Of a DNA stretch of 64,000 bases, positions 25,618 to 36,442 are shown one piece after another. Each line of letters begins with the position of its first letter. Positions within the stretch are counted from its first letter, which is position 1. The stretch comes from Obrimoposthia wandeli (taxonomy: Eukaryota). The notes under the pieces were generated by a model. The model was not told where the DNA came from and made no database searches. It was given only the letters and a program-made list of their open reading frames with translations. The stretch lies in the NCBI GenBank assembly GCA_977020255.1, contig CDROCS010000666.1, positions 1-64,000 on the forward strand. The letters run 5' to 3'. Made by a program: the position numbers and the translations under genes.

Positions 25618-26967
25618 ATGAAAAATCTTTCCGCTCTTGCTTTAGTTGTTAGTGCTGCTCTTCTTGCTGGTTGTAACGATACAGATTACGTTCAGCCAAC
25701 AGAGGTAAAAATAGCGACATACAATCTTTCATTTGACCGTAATACATTTGAAGATCTTGTTGCAGAAATGCAAATCACACCAGCGAAACAAGAAGAACTC
25801 GTAACAACTTACTTTGACGATACAATTGCTGATGCCGACAAAACAACAGCAGAAAAAATCATCCAAATTCGTAACGTTGCGGCAATTATTCAAAAAAATC
25901 GTCCTAATGTTCTTATGATGGCTGAATTCAACAACGATGGTACGGGTGAAAACAAGACTGCACTCATTGGATTCCAAAATAACTACTTATCTATAGCTCA
26001 AAGCATCAATGGTGCGGGTGGTGAAGCAAACCTTGAACCCATTACATTCCCATACTTTGAGTCTTATTCAACGAATACGGGTCTAGCTAGTGGTCTTGAC
26101 CTAGACAATGATGGCGATTTTGGAGGTCTAGGTGACGATTGGGGCTTTGGCCAGTATCATGGTAAATATGCGTTCGCATTGATGTCACAGTACGAAATTG
26201 ATACGGACAATACGCGTACTTTCCAAGAATTCAAATGGAAAGATCTTGAAGGTTCACAAATTCCGACTATTACTATTTGTGACGGTTCACAAACTATTCC
26301 TGATGGTATGAGCTGTGGTGATGAATGGTATACAGCTGAGGAGTGGAAACAAGTTCGCCTTTCTTCTAAAAACCACGTAGATGCACCTATCATCATTCCA
26401 ACAGAAAACGGTGAAGAAGTTATTCACCTTCTTATGTCTCACCCTACTCCGCCAGTCTTCGATACAGGCAAAAACAAAGCTCAAAATGCTGCAGAAGTTA
26501 AGTTCTGGAATCAATATATTCAAGGTAAAACGTTCTTCTACGATGATGCTGGTCAGAATGGTGGGTTAGCCGGTGATGCTAAATTCGTTATCATGGGTGA
26601 CCAAAACCTAGATCCAGTAGCTGGTGACGGTGTAAGTGATGTGATGCAAACACTGCATGATGACCCACTGGTAAACCAGAAAGTAATGAATGGTGAATTG
26701 TACCCTACCAGCTACGGTGCTTCAGAGCATGCAGTAGATAAATCACTGAGCCACCCAAAACCAAACCGTATTTCTTCAACATTTGGACTTGGCGTAGACT
26801 ACGCAATTCCATCTGCAAACTTGAATGTTATTGATACTGGTGTTTACTGGTCTGCGTCTTACGAAGAAGGTCGTAAGCTGTTCAACGATACTCGTATCGG
26901 TCAGTACGGCGACGGTAAATCTGTATCTTCAGACCACCGTATGGTGTGGATCAAAGCTCAGTTCTAA
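25618..26967 (+). CDS. Endonuclease/exonuclease/phosphatase-family lipoprotein
   Basis: LLAGC lipobox; ATYNLS, MGDQNLD, SSDH motifs. Confidence 0.9.
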   Translation: MKNLSALALVVSAALLAGCNDTDYVQPTEVKIATYNLSFDRNTFEDLVAEMQITPAKQEELVTTYFDDTIADADKTTAEKIIQIRNVAAIIQKNRPNVLMMAEFNNDGTGENKTALIGFQNNYLSIAQSINGAGGEANLEPITFPYFESYSTNTGLASGLDLDNDGDFGGLGDDWGFGQYHGKYAFALMSQYEIDTDNTRTFQEFKWKDLEGSQIPTITICDGSQTIPDGMSCGDEWYTAEEWKQVRLSSKNHVDAPIIIPTENGEEVIHLLMSHPTPPVFDTGKNKAQNAAEVKFWNQYIQGKTFFYDDAGQNGGLAGDAKFVIMGDQNLDPVAGDGVSDVMQTLHDDPLVNQKVMNGELYPTSYGASEHAVDKSLSHPKPNRISSTFGLGVDYAIPSANLNVIDTGVYWSASYEEGRKLFNDTRIGQYGDGKSVSSDHRMVWIKAQF

Positions 26968-26993
26968 TAACTAGACACGAACACTATAAAAAC

Positions 26994-27022
26994 GGCAATA
27001 CGATAAAACGTATTGCCATTTT
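26994..27022. terminator. Intrinsic terminator
   Basis: ggcaatacg/cgtattgcc then T-run. Confidence 0.7.
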
Positions 27023-27096
27023 TCAATTAAAATCAGGTCAATGATTCACGATACACAGTCGATAAACCTGTGATCTTTGCTTTACGTTAACAGCCA

Positions 27097-27384
27097 TCAA
27101 TCACAATAGGTATTCTTACCAACAGTACGGCAGGTGGCTGACTTGCGGTTACCTTGGGAATCTGTTCTTGTCTCAAACTTGGTGCTCGATTTTTGGTTAC
27201 TGACAAAGCCCCCTTTTTTCTTTGTATCCACTTTCTTAGATGGGCTCTCATACTTGGTATGGGTTGAACCATCACTGCAATGCGTCTGTTTCATTGAGCC
27301 AGATCCATACGTCGTGCAATTAATAGCATTAGCTGAGAACGACATGCATACGAATACTGCAACAGTGAGTAAACTTTTCATCAT
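27097..27384 (-). CDS. Small secreted protein with Cys pairs (95 aa)
   Basis: Signal peptide; AGGAG RBS. Confidence 0.75.
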   Translation of the reverse strand: MMKSLLTVAVFVCMSFSANAINCTTYGSGSMKQTHCSDGSTHTKYESPSKKVDTKKKGGFVSNQKSSTKFETRTDSQGNRKSATCRTVGKNTYCD

Positions 27385-27775
27385 TTCTCCTTAGCGTACA
27401 AACCTAATGCTTAACCCTATAATTCAAACTGAACACACAATTTTTGATCAAGCTTGTTCACTTCACGCTTATTTCCATAAGCAGGTAATCATTCCTCTTA
27501 TCAGTATGGATGATAAGCGCTTCATATTCTGAGTTTGTACCGCAAGAAGAACGGCTTGATATCTTTTACCGCCGTCGCTACTAACAAGGTTCCAATCATC
27601 TTCTATCACCTGTAAAATACGCAAAACATTACCCTAGAGGCGCTAATACCTCTTGTTCAACGGTAATAATTCAAAAAAATTAAAACTGCCCGCTTTCTAC
27701 ATCATTACATAGCGAAACAGCACCAATGCTGTACAAAGCAGGTGGATTAGCTAAACAATAAAGAGTACTGAACAA

Positions 27776-28024
27776 ATGAATAATGAACATGATGTAATTG
27801 ATAACCTAGAAGAACTAGAGCGTTTTCTACTGTCTATTGAAAATGGTGGTCTGGGTTTAAAAGACGTTGCAGGTGTAGGTATGGCAACGAATAACACTGA
27901 TGGTCGCCATTTTGTTGCAGTATTCGACAATAATCAGAAACTGATTCTAGCACGCTGGATTACTCAAGACGTTTATGAAAATGGTAAAGATCTTGTTCGT
28001 AATGGACCACAGCGTAAACACTAA
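27776..28024 (+). CDS. Hypothetical protein (82 aa)
   Basis: Plausible composition; followed by a terminator. Confidence 0.75.
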   Translation: MNNEHDVIDNLEELERFLLSIENGGLGLKDVAGVGMATNNTDGRHFVAVFDNNQKLILARWITQDVYENGKDLVRNGPQRKH

Positions 28025-28061
28025 GACTTTCTTACCTTAATACCAAGAACCCTCTTAGATT

Positions 28062-28108
28062 AAAAACGCCATCAGTTATTATGATTACTAGTAACTGATG
28101 GCGTTTTT
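28062..28108. terminator. Bidirectional terminator
   Basis: aaaaacgccatcagtta/taactgatggcgttttt. Confidence 0.8.
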
Positions 28109-28159
28109 TATGAGCGAAAGAATCTAGTTGTTAAAGTTTTACGATACTTAACTATTAAT

Positions 28160-29431
28160 TCAGCTAGATAGGTTTAATTCGCCGCAACACCCTTCGCTTG
28201 GGTTTTCAGTTAACGAGAACGTCCAGCCATAGCTATCACATAATCGCTTCACTATTAGCAACCCAAGCCCATGTTCTGTATCTACCTCTTCATTAAGCCC
28301 ACAGCCTGAATCAATAACCTTTATGTTATTACTGGTTATCACAACCTCTATCTTGCCTTTTTCGGTGAAACGAATGGCATTATTTAGAAGGTTTTTTAAG
28401 ACCATATCAAGTACAGCTGGCGGCATATTAATTTGCGTATCAAGTTCAACCGAAAGCAGAAGCTGTACCCCCGCATTCAGCTTTTTATAGTATTTATCGA
28501 GGCTAATATCTTGCGAGCTTATCGGGCGTAGTTGATGCGCATCTCGCACGTTTTCTTGTTTCACAATGCTTAGCAGAACTTCCACCGTTGCATGCATGTT
28601 ATTTGCAGCAATTAAAATCCGTTCTCTTTGTTTGCTCTGAAAATCAGGATCATCTTTCATTGCTTGAAGATTAGCAGCGCCAAGCACTACAGCGATCGGC
28701 GTTTTCAACTCATGGCTTGCGTACTTTGCAAACATCATCTCTTGCTTTGCTAGCCGCTCTTTCATCTTTTTATACGTATTTAAGTGGTGTTTCAGCGCTT
28801 TAATTTCATCAATTGAACGCTCTGACACATGAAAATCTTCTTCTTTGTTCGCTGTTAATTGCTCACTCAGTTCTAAAACAGGCGACATTAAACCATCGAA
28901 GACTCGGCGAAGAGAAAAGCGGAGAAATGCGATCAGAAAAACCATGAGTCCAAATGAGATTAACATCAGAATATCCCAGCTATCGTCACCAAAATCCATA
29001 GCTCGGGTGCCTACCACCAAGTAAAGAGGAACACGGGCACCCGATGGTTCAACAAAGGGCGCGTAGTACACCATAAATCCATCTTCATTAAAGATACGAA
29101 ATCGTGTAACAACCCCTTCTTCATAGGGCAACAGGCTCTTCAGTTCGTCATCTAATGCTGCTTCACTGTAATAGGCGCGAACATAAGGTCCAAGCTGAGA
29201 GGCGTCATCTTTTACCAATGTGAAATGATCTTTTGCAATGCTTTCAAACGATCTCAAATGGCGTTCTATTTGAGTATTTTCATTGAATATTAAGTGCAAT
29301 GAAAAAGAAAAGAACACCAACGAAGAAGACGTTAATGCAATCGCCGAAAACACAAAGATCAATCTTGATTTAACATCGTCAATCGAATTACCCAGTGATT
29401 TTCGAAACATGATTTTTCTAAGCCATTTCAT
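28160..29431 (-). CDS. Sensor histidine kinase
   Basis: ASHELKTP H-box, NLLNNAIRFT N-box, DSGCG, GLGLLIV. Confidence 0.95.
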   Translation of the reverse strand: MKWLRKIMFRKSLGNSIDDVKSRLIFVFSAIALTSSSLVFFSFSLHLIFNENTQIERHLRSFESIAKDHFTLVKDDASQLGPYVRAYYSEAALDDELKSLLPYEEGVVTRFRIFNEDGFMVYYAPFVEPSGARVPLYLVVGTRAMDFGDDSWDILMLISFGLMVFLIAFLRFSLRRVFDGLMSPVLELSEQLTANKEEDFHVSERSIDEIKALKHHLNTYKKMKERLAKQEMMFAKYASHELKTPIAVVLGAANLQAMKDDPDFQSKQRERILIAANNMHATVEVLLSIVKQENVRDAHQLRPISSQDISLDKYYKKLNAGVQLLLSVELDTQINMPPAVLDMVLKNLLNNAIRFTEKGKIEVVITSNNIKVIDSGCGLNEEVDTEHGLGLLIVKRLCDSYGWTFSLTENPSEGCCGELNLSS

Positions 29432-30112
29432 CTATGATTCCAACCTAAAACCAAATTTAGGCACTGTAATTAACATCGACGTTTTAAACGGCTTATCGAG
29501 TACATTGCGCAGTAAATAAATGTGACTACGTAAAACATCTTTGTCGGGTGCCTCTTCTCCCCATATTTCATGAATCAAGACATCACGAGAAACCATTTCT
29601 GGTGCTGCTTTTGTTAATTTAACTAAGATTTGATACATAACAGGGGTGACTAACAACTGATGCCCTTCTCGCGTTACTTTATGAGAACGCTGATCAATAG
29701 TGATCGTTCCAAACTGAAGAAGTGAACTTGCCACGTTGCCACGATAACGCTTAATTAATGCACTTAACCGCACTTCAAGTTCAGCGAAATTAAACGGCTT
29801 AGTAACAAAGTCATCCACACCGCGTTCAAATCCTTTTAATAAATCGTCATGACCATTGAGTGCCGTTAACATTAAAATAGGTGTCGTACAGCCATTATCT
29901 CTGAGCTCTTTCGCAACTTGCATACCGTCTTTTTTAGGCATCATTACATCCAGAATAATGGCGTCAAAGTCATTTTCCAGCGCTAATTTAAGCCCTAATT
30001 CTCCGTTGTCGGCAAAATCAGCCTCGACGCCTTTTAATTCAAGAAAATCTGCCAGAATACCTTGTAGTTCCTCATTATCTTCAACAACTAAAACCTGTTT
30101 ATTCTTTAGCAT
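29432..30112 (-). CDS. OmpR-family response regulator
   Basis: VEDN, LDVMMP, KPF and winged-helix C-terminus. Confidence 0.96.
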   Translation of the reverse strand: MLKNKQVLVVEDNEELQGILADFLELKGVEADFADNGELGLKLALENDFDAIILDVMMPKKDGMQVAKELRDNGCTTPILMLTALNGHDDLLKGFERGVDDFVTKPFNFAELEVRLSALIKRYRGNVASSLLQFGTITIDQRSHKVTREGHQLLVTPVMYQILVKLTKAAPEMVSRDVLIHEIWGEEAPDKDVLRSHIYLLRNVLDKPFKTSMLITVPKFGFRLES

Positions 30113-30298
30113 CGTCGACCTCTCGCACCGTATTGTTATCTTTCACTATCCTAGCAATTTTTTGTCGAATTAATGTCGAATAACTTCATATTTATGACGT
30201 CGTATTTCTTATGTCGAGTTTTTGTCGTATAGCATTCGACAAAAACTCGACATTATTTTCCGCACAATAGGATCAGTTGATCTAATGAGAATATAACA

Positions 30299-31111
30299 AT
30301 GAAAAAGAATCTACTGACCTTAGGTTTATTTGGCGCATTGCTTTCACAGCCAGTATTAGCCTTAGACCTTATTGGGCACACAAAAAGTAAAAACCCTCTC
30401 AATGTAGTATCTGAAATAAGTGGCACTGTTGAGTCTGTCGGTATTGAAACGGGTGAACAGATTATATTAGGAACAATTCTCGCCACTATTAAAGCGCAAG
30501 ATTTTGAACTTAAAGTAAACAAACAAAAAGCCAAGCTCGATCTTGCACAAGCCGATCTTAAAATAAAAAAGTCACTGCATGGGCGTTACCAAGAGCTGCG
30601 TAAAAAGAGCAGCTTATCGCAAAATGAGCTCGATATTTCTGCAGCAGATTATGACAGTGCTACAGCAAATGTGGCACTAGCAAATATTGAGTTAAAAGAA
30701 GCACAACTTGATCTGGAAAGTACCCAAATTAACTCTTCAATCAATGGCTATGTGGTAAGCCGTTCCGTTGAAAATGGCGCATGGGTGAATCAAGGGGATT
30801 TACTCTACCAAATAGTGAATATCGATGTTCTCAATGTACGTCTTCTTGCCAGTGAATTTGATCTGGGGGAGTTACATGTTGGTCAAGAAGTCGATGTATG
30901 GTCTGAAGCAAATCCACAATTAAAGATACGTTCAATAATCAAACGAATTGGGGTCGAGATTGACCCTGAAAGTTTTGCTTACCCCATAGACGTTGAAATA
31001 AAAAACCCAGATCATATTTTCAAACCGGGAATGTCGATTCATGCCTCGACTCAAGTATCGAACTTAACGTCTTCCATTACACAAACAGATAATCAATTGG
31101 TATCTCAATGA
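30299..31111 (+). CDS. RND efflux membrane fusion protein
   Basis: Lipoyl-like halves, coiled hairpin, KPGM motif. Confidence 0.92.
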   Translation: MKKNLLTLGLFGALLSQPVLALDLIGHTKSKNPLNVVSEISGTVESVGIETGEQIILGTILATIKAQDFELKVNKQKAKLDLAQADLKIKKSLHGRYQELRKKSSLSQNELDISAADYDSATANVALANIELKEAQLDLESTQINSSINGYVVSRSVENGAWVNQGDLLYQIVNIDVLNVRLLASEFDLGELHVGQEVDVWSEANPQLKIRSIIKRIGVEIDPESFAYPIDVEIKNPDHIFKPGMSIHASTQVSNLTSSITQTDNQLVSQ

Positions 31112-34100
31112 ACGGATTTATTGCTTATTTTGCCCAGCGTAGTTTTCTCGCACGTATAATAACCACCATGGTGTTAATGGTGGGTATTGCTTCACTCAGC
31201 ACACTCAAACTCCAAGAATTACCTGATATCGCATTTGAAGAAGTTGAGATTACCACTCAATACCCCGGAGCCACCGCGCAAGATGTGGAAGTCAATATTA
31301 CCAATTTGATCGAGAAAGAGATCAAATCTGTCGAAGGAATCCGAAAGTTTACTTCGCAATCTTCTGATGGCTTATCTGCAATATCTATTGAAATGGATGA
31401 ATCCGCAGATACTGCAAAAGTGCTACGTGATATCCAACAAGCTATTGATCGCGTTGACGGATTACCAAAAGACGTGACTAACCCACCACTTGTGGTACAA
31501 CGAGGCACAGCTTCATTTGAAGTTCTCACGTTTGGGGTAAGTCATCAAGGTGATTACAGTGAATTACAATCTTATGCTCGTCAGTTAGAAAAGGCCCTAA
31601 AAAGTGTGTCGGGAGTCGGTACCGTCAGCATGACAGGGTTCAATGAACGTGAATTCTGGATTGAAATCGATCCGATCAAAGTCAGCCGCTACCAATTAAC
31701 CTTTAATGAAGTAATCTATGCGGTCAATAACCGTAATTTATCGTTATCTGGCGGGATGGTTGAATCTTGGAATAGTGACCAAAAAGTCGTCACCATGACG
31801 CAGGTGAAGTCTGTCGAGGAATTATCACAAACAGTGATCAAAGTGCTTCCTACTGGTGGGCTTATTCGATTAGCAGACATTGCTGAAGTCGTCGATACTT
31901 TTGAAAAAGCCTCTCAAGAAGGGGTTATTAATGGTAACTCTGCCATTCTATTCAGTATAACTAAGGGTTCAAGCGCCGATATTATTGCAACCGTCGATAA
32001 TATAAAAACACTGATTGAAAACGAAAAATCTCGTATCGGTGATACCTTCACTTTCAGCTACGGACTCAATTTAGCCGATGACATGAGCGACAAGTTTTCC
32101 ATTGTCTCAACCAATGGCGGTATTGGTCTCATACTGGTATTAGCTGTGCTAAGTATGATTTTGAAACGCCAAATCGCTTTCTGGGTATCCGTTTCTATTC
32201 CATTCTGTGTGCTTGGGGTAATGGCTGTTCTACCAATACTTGGCATGAACCTAGACAGTGTCACTTTGGCGGCATTGTTATTGGTGATTGGCATCATTGT
32301 GGATGATTCCGTGATTGTTGCCGAAAGTATCTACCAAGAAAAAGAGAGTGGTAAAAGTGCACTAGAAGCAGCGGTTATTGGTACACAAAAAGTCATCAAA
32401 CCCATTATTGCCAGCTTAACAACGACGGCTTTGGTGTTCATTCCCATGTTCTTTATTCCCGGTACTATGGGTAAAGCGATTGTTGTGATTCCTATTACGG
32501 TGATTGTTGCGCTGTTATTCTCTTTGGCTGAGTGTACGTACACCCTGCCTGCTCACCTTGCAAAATCGCTAGATAAAAAGGAAGTAAAAACCAATACATC
32601 CGATTACTTTCAGTCAATAACACGGGTTTACACTCGCTTGCTCACACGGTGCTTACAGTTCAAGAAAAGTGTATTAATGGTCGCTGTTATTATGCTTTCT
32701 GTCGGTGTTGGGTTAGTGACCAATCTAAAGCTTGATATCTTTCCGTCAGAGTCGGCAAAGTACATTGAAGTTTATACTGAAGTTAAACCCGGCACGCCTC
32801 TGAATAAAGTGCGTGAAGCGCACACTCTGCTGGAAAAAACGATTACCGCACTGCCCAACAATGAACTCAAAAGTTATGAGCTCACTTACAGTAGCCCTGT
32901 AAGCACCGGTTTAATTGTATTGACTAACTTTGAAGACAGAGAACGCACAGCAGATGCGATCATCAAAGATCTGAACAATAAGCTTGAAAGTGTCGACGCG
33001 CTTTCATTCGTGAAGCTGTCTGTCGATGCGGGTGGTCCCCCTCCTGGTGAGCCTGTTGAAGTGCGAGTAATGAATGGTACACAGCAAGAACGTAATGACG
33101 CCGTTTCGTTAGTAACAAATTGGCTTAATACACAACAAGGGCTAGATAAAATTACCCATAATGAAGCTTTAAAAGATCCTCAGTTACAGATTATCCCTCA
33201 ATATGAATGGCTAGCACGTTATAACCTTACCGTGGCTGATTTGGCATCGACATTACGCATTGCCTTTGAAGGTGACACGGTAACGTCAACATGGCTGGGC
33301 GATCAAGAAATAGACTTGCGTGTCATTCTAAATGAAGATTATCGAACCATCGAAAGGCTCTCTACAACAAAAATCTACACCGCTGATGGTGTGCAAGTAC
33401 CACTAAACCGCCTTGCGAAAGTAGTAAACATTGAAGCTCCGCGTTTAATTCAACATTACAACGGTGATCGTGAAGTTACAGTAACAGCCCAGATAACCGA
33501 TGAGACACTCAGTTCTGTCGCATTAAGTGAAACTATGCTTAGCGAGCTACAAGGTCAATTGCCCTCACAAATAAACATTGAAATTGGTGGTGAGGCTGAA
33601 AGCACAAATGAAACCATGAGTGGATTTGTCGTTGCTTTCCCAGCAGCAATAGTGGGAATCTACTTTGTTCTGGCTATCATGTTTAATTCGTTATTGCAGC
33701 CGTTACTGATCATGGTCGTCATTCCATTTGCAGTCATCGCAGCCCTAATGGCACTGTTTGTTCACATGCAACCGATATCTCTGTTCGCATTGATTGGCGT
33801 GCTTGGTATGACAGGTGTTGTCGTGAATAACTCACTGGTGTTGATAAACCGAATCAATGAACTGCTCGAAGCAGGAAAAGACACCTTTCACGCCATAATA
33901 GAAGCCTCAACAAGTCGTTTAAGGCCGATCATTCTTACATCTCTAACAACAGTCGTCGGTCTACTGCCACTTGCATATGGCTTTGGCGGAACCGATGTGT
34001 ATATGGGCCCTATGTCTTTAACACTCGGTTATGGGTTATTGTTTTCACTACCCGTTGTTCTTATTGTTATTCCATGCCTGTATTTGACATTCTTTAATCG

Positions 34101-34122
34101 AAAAGTCACGGTTACCGATTAG
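31108..34122 (+). CDS. RND efflux permease (AcrB/D/F family)
   Basis: 1004 aa; GIIVDDSVIV, RLRPIILT. Confidence 0.95.
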   Translation: MNGFIAYFAQRSFLARIITTMVLMVGIASLSTLKLQELPDIAFEEVEITTQYPGATAQDVEVNITNLIEKEIKSVEGIRKFTSQSSDGLSAISIEMDESADTAKVLRDIQQAIDRVDGLPKDVTNPPLVVQRGTASFEVLTFGVSHQGDYSELQSYARQLEKALKSVSGVGTVSMTGFNEREFWIEIDPIKVSRYQLTFNEVIYAVNNRNLSLSGGMVESWNSDQKVVTMTQVKSVEELSQTVIKVLPTGGLIRLADIAEVVDTFEKASQEGVINGNSAILFSITKGSSADIIATVDNIKTLIENEKSRIGDTFTFSYGLNLADDMSDKFSIVSTNGGIGLILVLAVLSMILKRQIAFWVSVSIPFCVLGVMAVLPILGMNLDSVTLAALLLVIGIIVDDSVIVAESIYQEKESGKSALEAAVIGTQKVIKPIIASLTTTALVFIPMFFIPGTMGKAIVVIPITVIVALLFSLAECTYTLPAHLAKSLDKKEVKTNTSDYFQSITRVYTRLLTRCLQFKKSVLMVAVIMLSVGVGLVTNLKLDIFPSESAKYIEVYTEVKPGTPLNKVREAHTLLEKTITALPNNELKSYELTYSSPVSTGLIVLTNFEDRERTADAIIKDLNNKLESVDALSFVKLSVDAGGPPPGEPVEVRVMNGTQQERNDAVSLVTNWLNTQQGLDKITHNEALKDPQLQIIPQYEWLARYNLTVADLASTLRIAFEGDTVTSTWLGDQEIDLRVILNEDYRTIERLSTTKIYTADGVQVPLNRLAKVVNIEAPRLIQHYNGDREVTVTAQITDETLSSVALSETMLSELQGQLPSQINIEIGGEAESTNETMSGFVVAFPAAIVGIYFVLAIMFNSLLQPLLIMVVIPFAVIAALMALFVHMQPISLFALIGVLGMTGVVVNNSLVLINRINELLEAGKDTFHAIIEASTSRLRPIILTSLTTVVGLLPLAYGFGGTDVYMGPMSLTLGYGLLFSLPVVLIVIPCLYLTFFNRKVTVTD

Positions 34123-34194
34123 GTTTATATCTCAGGTTAATAAACAGCCCTTTCCGTTGACGACTCACTCTGCGGAATGGGCTATACCTGCTAA

Positions 34195-34524
34195 TTAAGA
34201 ATAGAAAACAGCCAACCAAATTGTTTCTTCTGTCGGATCTGTCCAACTCACTTTATGACGTTGATGGGCTGAAATATTCACATAATCACCTTGTTTTAGG
34301 TGTCGCTCTTTCATCCCATCTTCAAAGAGGATTTTTGCCTGCCCTTTCACAACCAATACCCACTCGTGTTCTGTTTGATCATACCAATCTGAATCGGGGG
34401 TACTGTGCCCTTTCGAGATAATACGTTCAATTCTAACGCTATCGGTTTTGACCAAGTCTTGAAAAATTTCGGTGGGTAAGGTGGAAGGTATATCAGTTAG
34501 TAGGTTTCCCATCATGTCATTCAC
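34195..34524 (-). CDS. Cupin domain protein
   Basis: ERIISKGH, WYDQ..EWV.V..G, H.RH.V.WT. Confidence 0.88.
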   Translation of the reverse strand: MNDMMGNLLTDIPSTLPTEIFQDLVKTDSVRIERIISKGHSTPDSDWYDQTEHEWVLVVKGQAKILFEDGMKERHLKQGDYVNISAHQRHKVSWTDPTEETIWLAVFYS

Positions 34525-34570
34525 TCTTTTTCTATTGAGATCAATTCCATTGAAACTAAATCACAAATAC

Positions 34571-34605
34571 AAAAACGGGTAAGAATATTTCTACCTTACC
34601 CGTTT
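34571..34605. terminator. Intrinsic terminator
   Basis: aaacgggtaag/cttacccgttt. Confidence 0.7.
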
Positions 34606-34628
34606 AAAAATGCGTAATACACGAATGA

Positions 34629-35315
34629 TTACTTCGGTAAATCTATCTCAATTTTAGCATTAAGTTGTTCTAGCTCTGCCTCAAGCGCAGTGACTTTGGC
34701 TTCTTCTGCGTCAACAAGATCAAGCTTTTGCTCATATTTATCACAATCAGCTTGCGATACCCAATTCCAACTGGTGCCTGATTTAAATTCATCACAAGCT
34801 TGTTTGAATTTTTCAGCGGTAGCCTTTGCCTTTTTAACATCCGACTTTGCAGAAACGACTTGTTTTTGTAGTTGTAACTGTTGCTGATAAAGCTCTTTCG
34901 AATGGGTAAGAACAACTTGTTGCTTTTCAGCCGTTGTTTTCAGCTCAACCACTTTTGTACCCAGTTTTTTCTGAGTAACAGATAACTTCTTTTGCTTTTT
35001 ATTTAGTTCCGCTATTTGAGCTTCATAATCAGCTTTTTGCTGTGCTATTTCAGTATTTTTCTGCTCTATCTGAGAGATAACTTGCTCAAGTTCTAATGAT
35101 TTCTTTGTTTCAAATTGCTCAAATTGTGTTTGTTGAGCCTCTTTTTGTTGCTGTAATTCCATATTTTTTGTCGTCAGAATATCGTACTCGGCTTTCGTTG
35201 GGCCAGGGTTACGATTCCAAACAGCAGAAGCCAAAACAAAACCTAATACAATACCAAGCACTAATGCCACTTTCCATGATGACATCATGTTTGTCGAACC
35301 CACGCTAGTTGACAT
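34629..35315 (-). CDS. Membrane-anchored coiled-coil protein
   Basis: N-terminal TM; Q/E/K-rich heptads. Confidence 0.85.
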   Translation of the reverse strand: MSTSVGSTNMMSSWKVALVLGIVLGFVLASAVWNRNPGPTKAEYDILTTKNMELQQQKEAQQTQFEQFETKKSLELEQVISQIEQKNTEIAQQKADYEAQIAELNKKQKKLSVTQKKLGTKVVELKTTAEKQQVVLTHSKELYQQQLQLQKQVVSAKSDVKKAKATAEKFKQACDEFKSGTSWNWVSQADCDKYEQKLDLVDAEEAKVTALEAELEQLNAKIEIDLPK

Positions 35316-35679
35316 GTTGTTCTCTTCCTCTTGAATTCTTTAGAATCACATACTCATATTGCGTGCTATATAACCGCACTATATTCTCGAGTTATGTAAC
35401 ATTACCTATTATTAAAAATGATAGAAGCAATTTAGCCTATAGATAATACTGTATATATACCATCTGATAACTCTAATACTATCAGTAAGATGATACCTTT
35501 ATGTCATCAAACTTCTCAAACCTCAGTAAAAGAGCAACAAAACCCTTATGTCTCATAAGTAATAGTTCCACCGTCTGAGACATTCAGTGCACCGCATTCT
35601 CACTACCTTCATATAGTCATGATTATCAAATCAATGTATAGGTACATCCCAATTATCACAAAGCAGTTAAGGCTATATT

Positions 35680-36222
35680 ATGATTACTGAATTAATTTTT
35701 TTAACGGTATCGGCCTTCTCAACACCTCTGCTTGAGAACTCGACTTACGAACAAGATAACACTCATTGCCGCTTAACGATCAATGAAGAAAGGCACCAAA
35801 ATGATATTGTGTTGGTTTTTTCTGCAACCTCTGAAAAGCAACACCAAGTACATATTTATCATAGTATTCCACAAGAATCCCCCTCTTCAGGTTTACTGAC
35901 TCAACTCTCCTTACATCAAGGTGAGTCACTACAAAATAATCAATACATAATTAATCATGCACTTTATAAAGTCGTTAATGATGATATAACGATCTACTCG
36001 ACAGCGATTGGTTCAGAGCAGAACAGTGCTCAAGACTTCATGGATAACTTTCAAAATAGCGGTTATAAGACTCAAGTCGCTATCGAGGGTATTGAAGAAC
36101 CCCTTTCGTTTGTCGCAGATCACCAGCAAGCAGAGGCGTTTTATCAATGTGCTCAACTTGCCTCAAATGATTATGATATACCCATGTTACCTCAAGGTGC
36201 TTTGTCAGGCACAAACTCGTAA
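35680..36222 (+). CDS. Hypothetical secreted protein; last ~15 codons come from a MITE end
   Basis: Short signal-like N-terminus; 3' end overlaps the TIR at 36177. Confidence 0.7.
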   Translation: MITELIFLTVSAFSTPLLENSTYEQDNTHCRLTINEERHQNDIVLVFSATSEKQHQVHIYHSIPQESPSSGLLTQLSLHQGESLQNNQYIINHALYKVVNDDITIYSTAIGSEQNSAQDFMDNFQNSGYKTQVAIEGIEEPLSFVADHQQAEAFYQCAQLASNDYDIPMLPQGALSGTNS

Positions 36223-36339
36223 ACCAGAACAAGGCGCAACATGAGGTAATTGTTATTCACTTTTCGAGAGTTGTAACGCAGAGCTGGTTTTCGAGCTTGC
36301 GCCCCATAGGGCAAGGCATCTTGAAGTATCATGGGTACA
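36177..36339. repeat. ERIC-like MITE, 163 bp
   Basis: TIRs tatacccatgttacctcaaggtgc / gcatcttgaagtatcatgggtaca. Confidence 0.75.
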
Positions 36340-36442
36340 GGCATACAAAATAAAAGACATTCATTCATTCTGCTGATAATGTGCAAAGTGTCACGTTTAC
36401 ATCAACGTATATTGAAAGAGATTAGTTAAAAGGATAGAACGC

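Noticed and set aside
27470-27680. Possible frameshifted small gene on the minus strand
   Set aside because: An open stretch of ~55 codons without a start or a recognisable family
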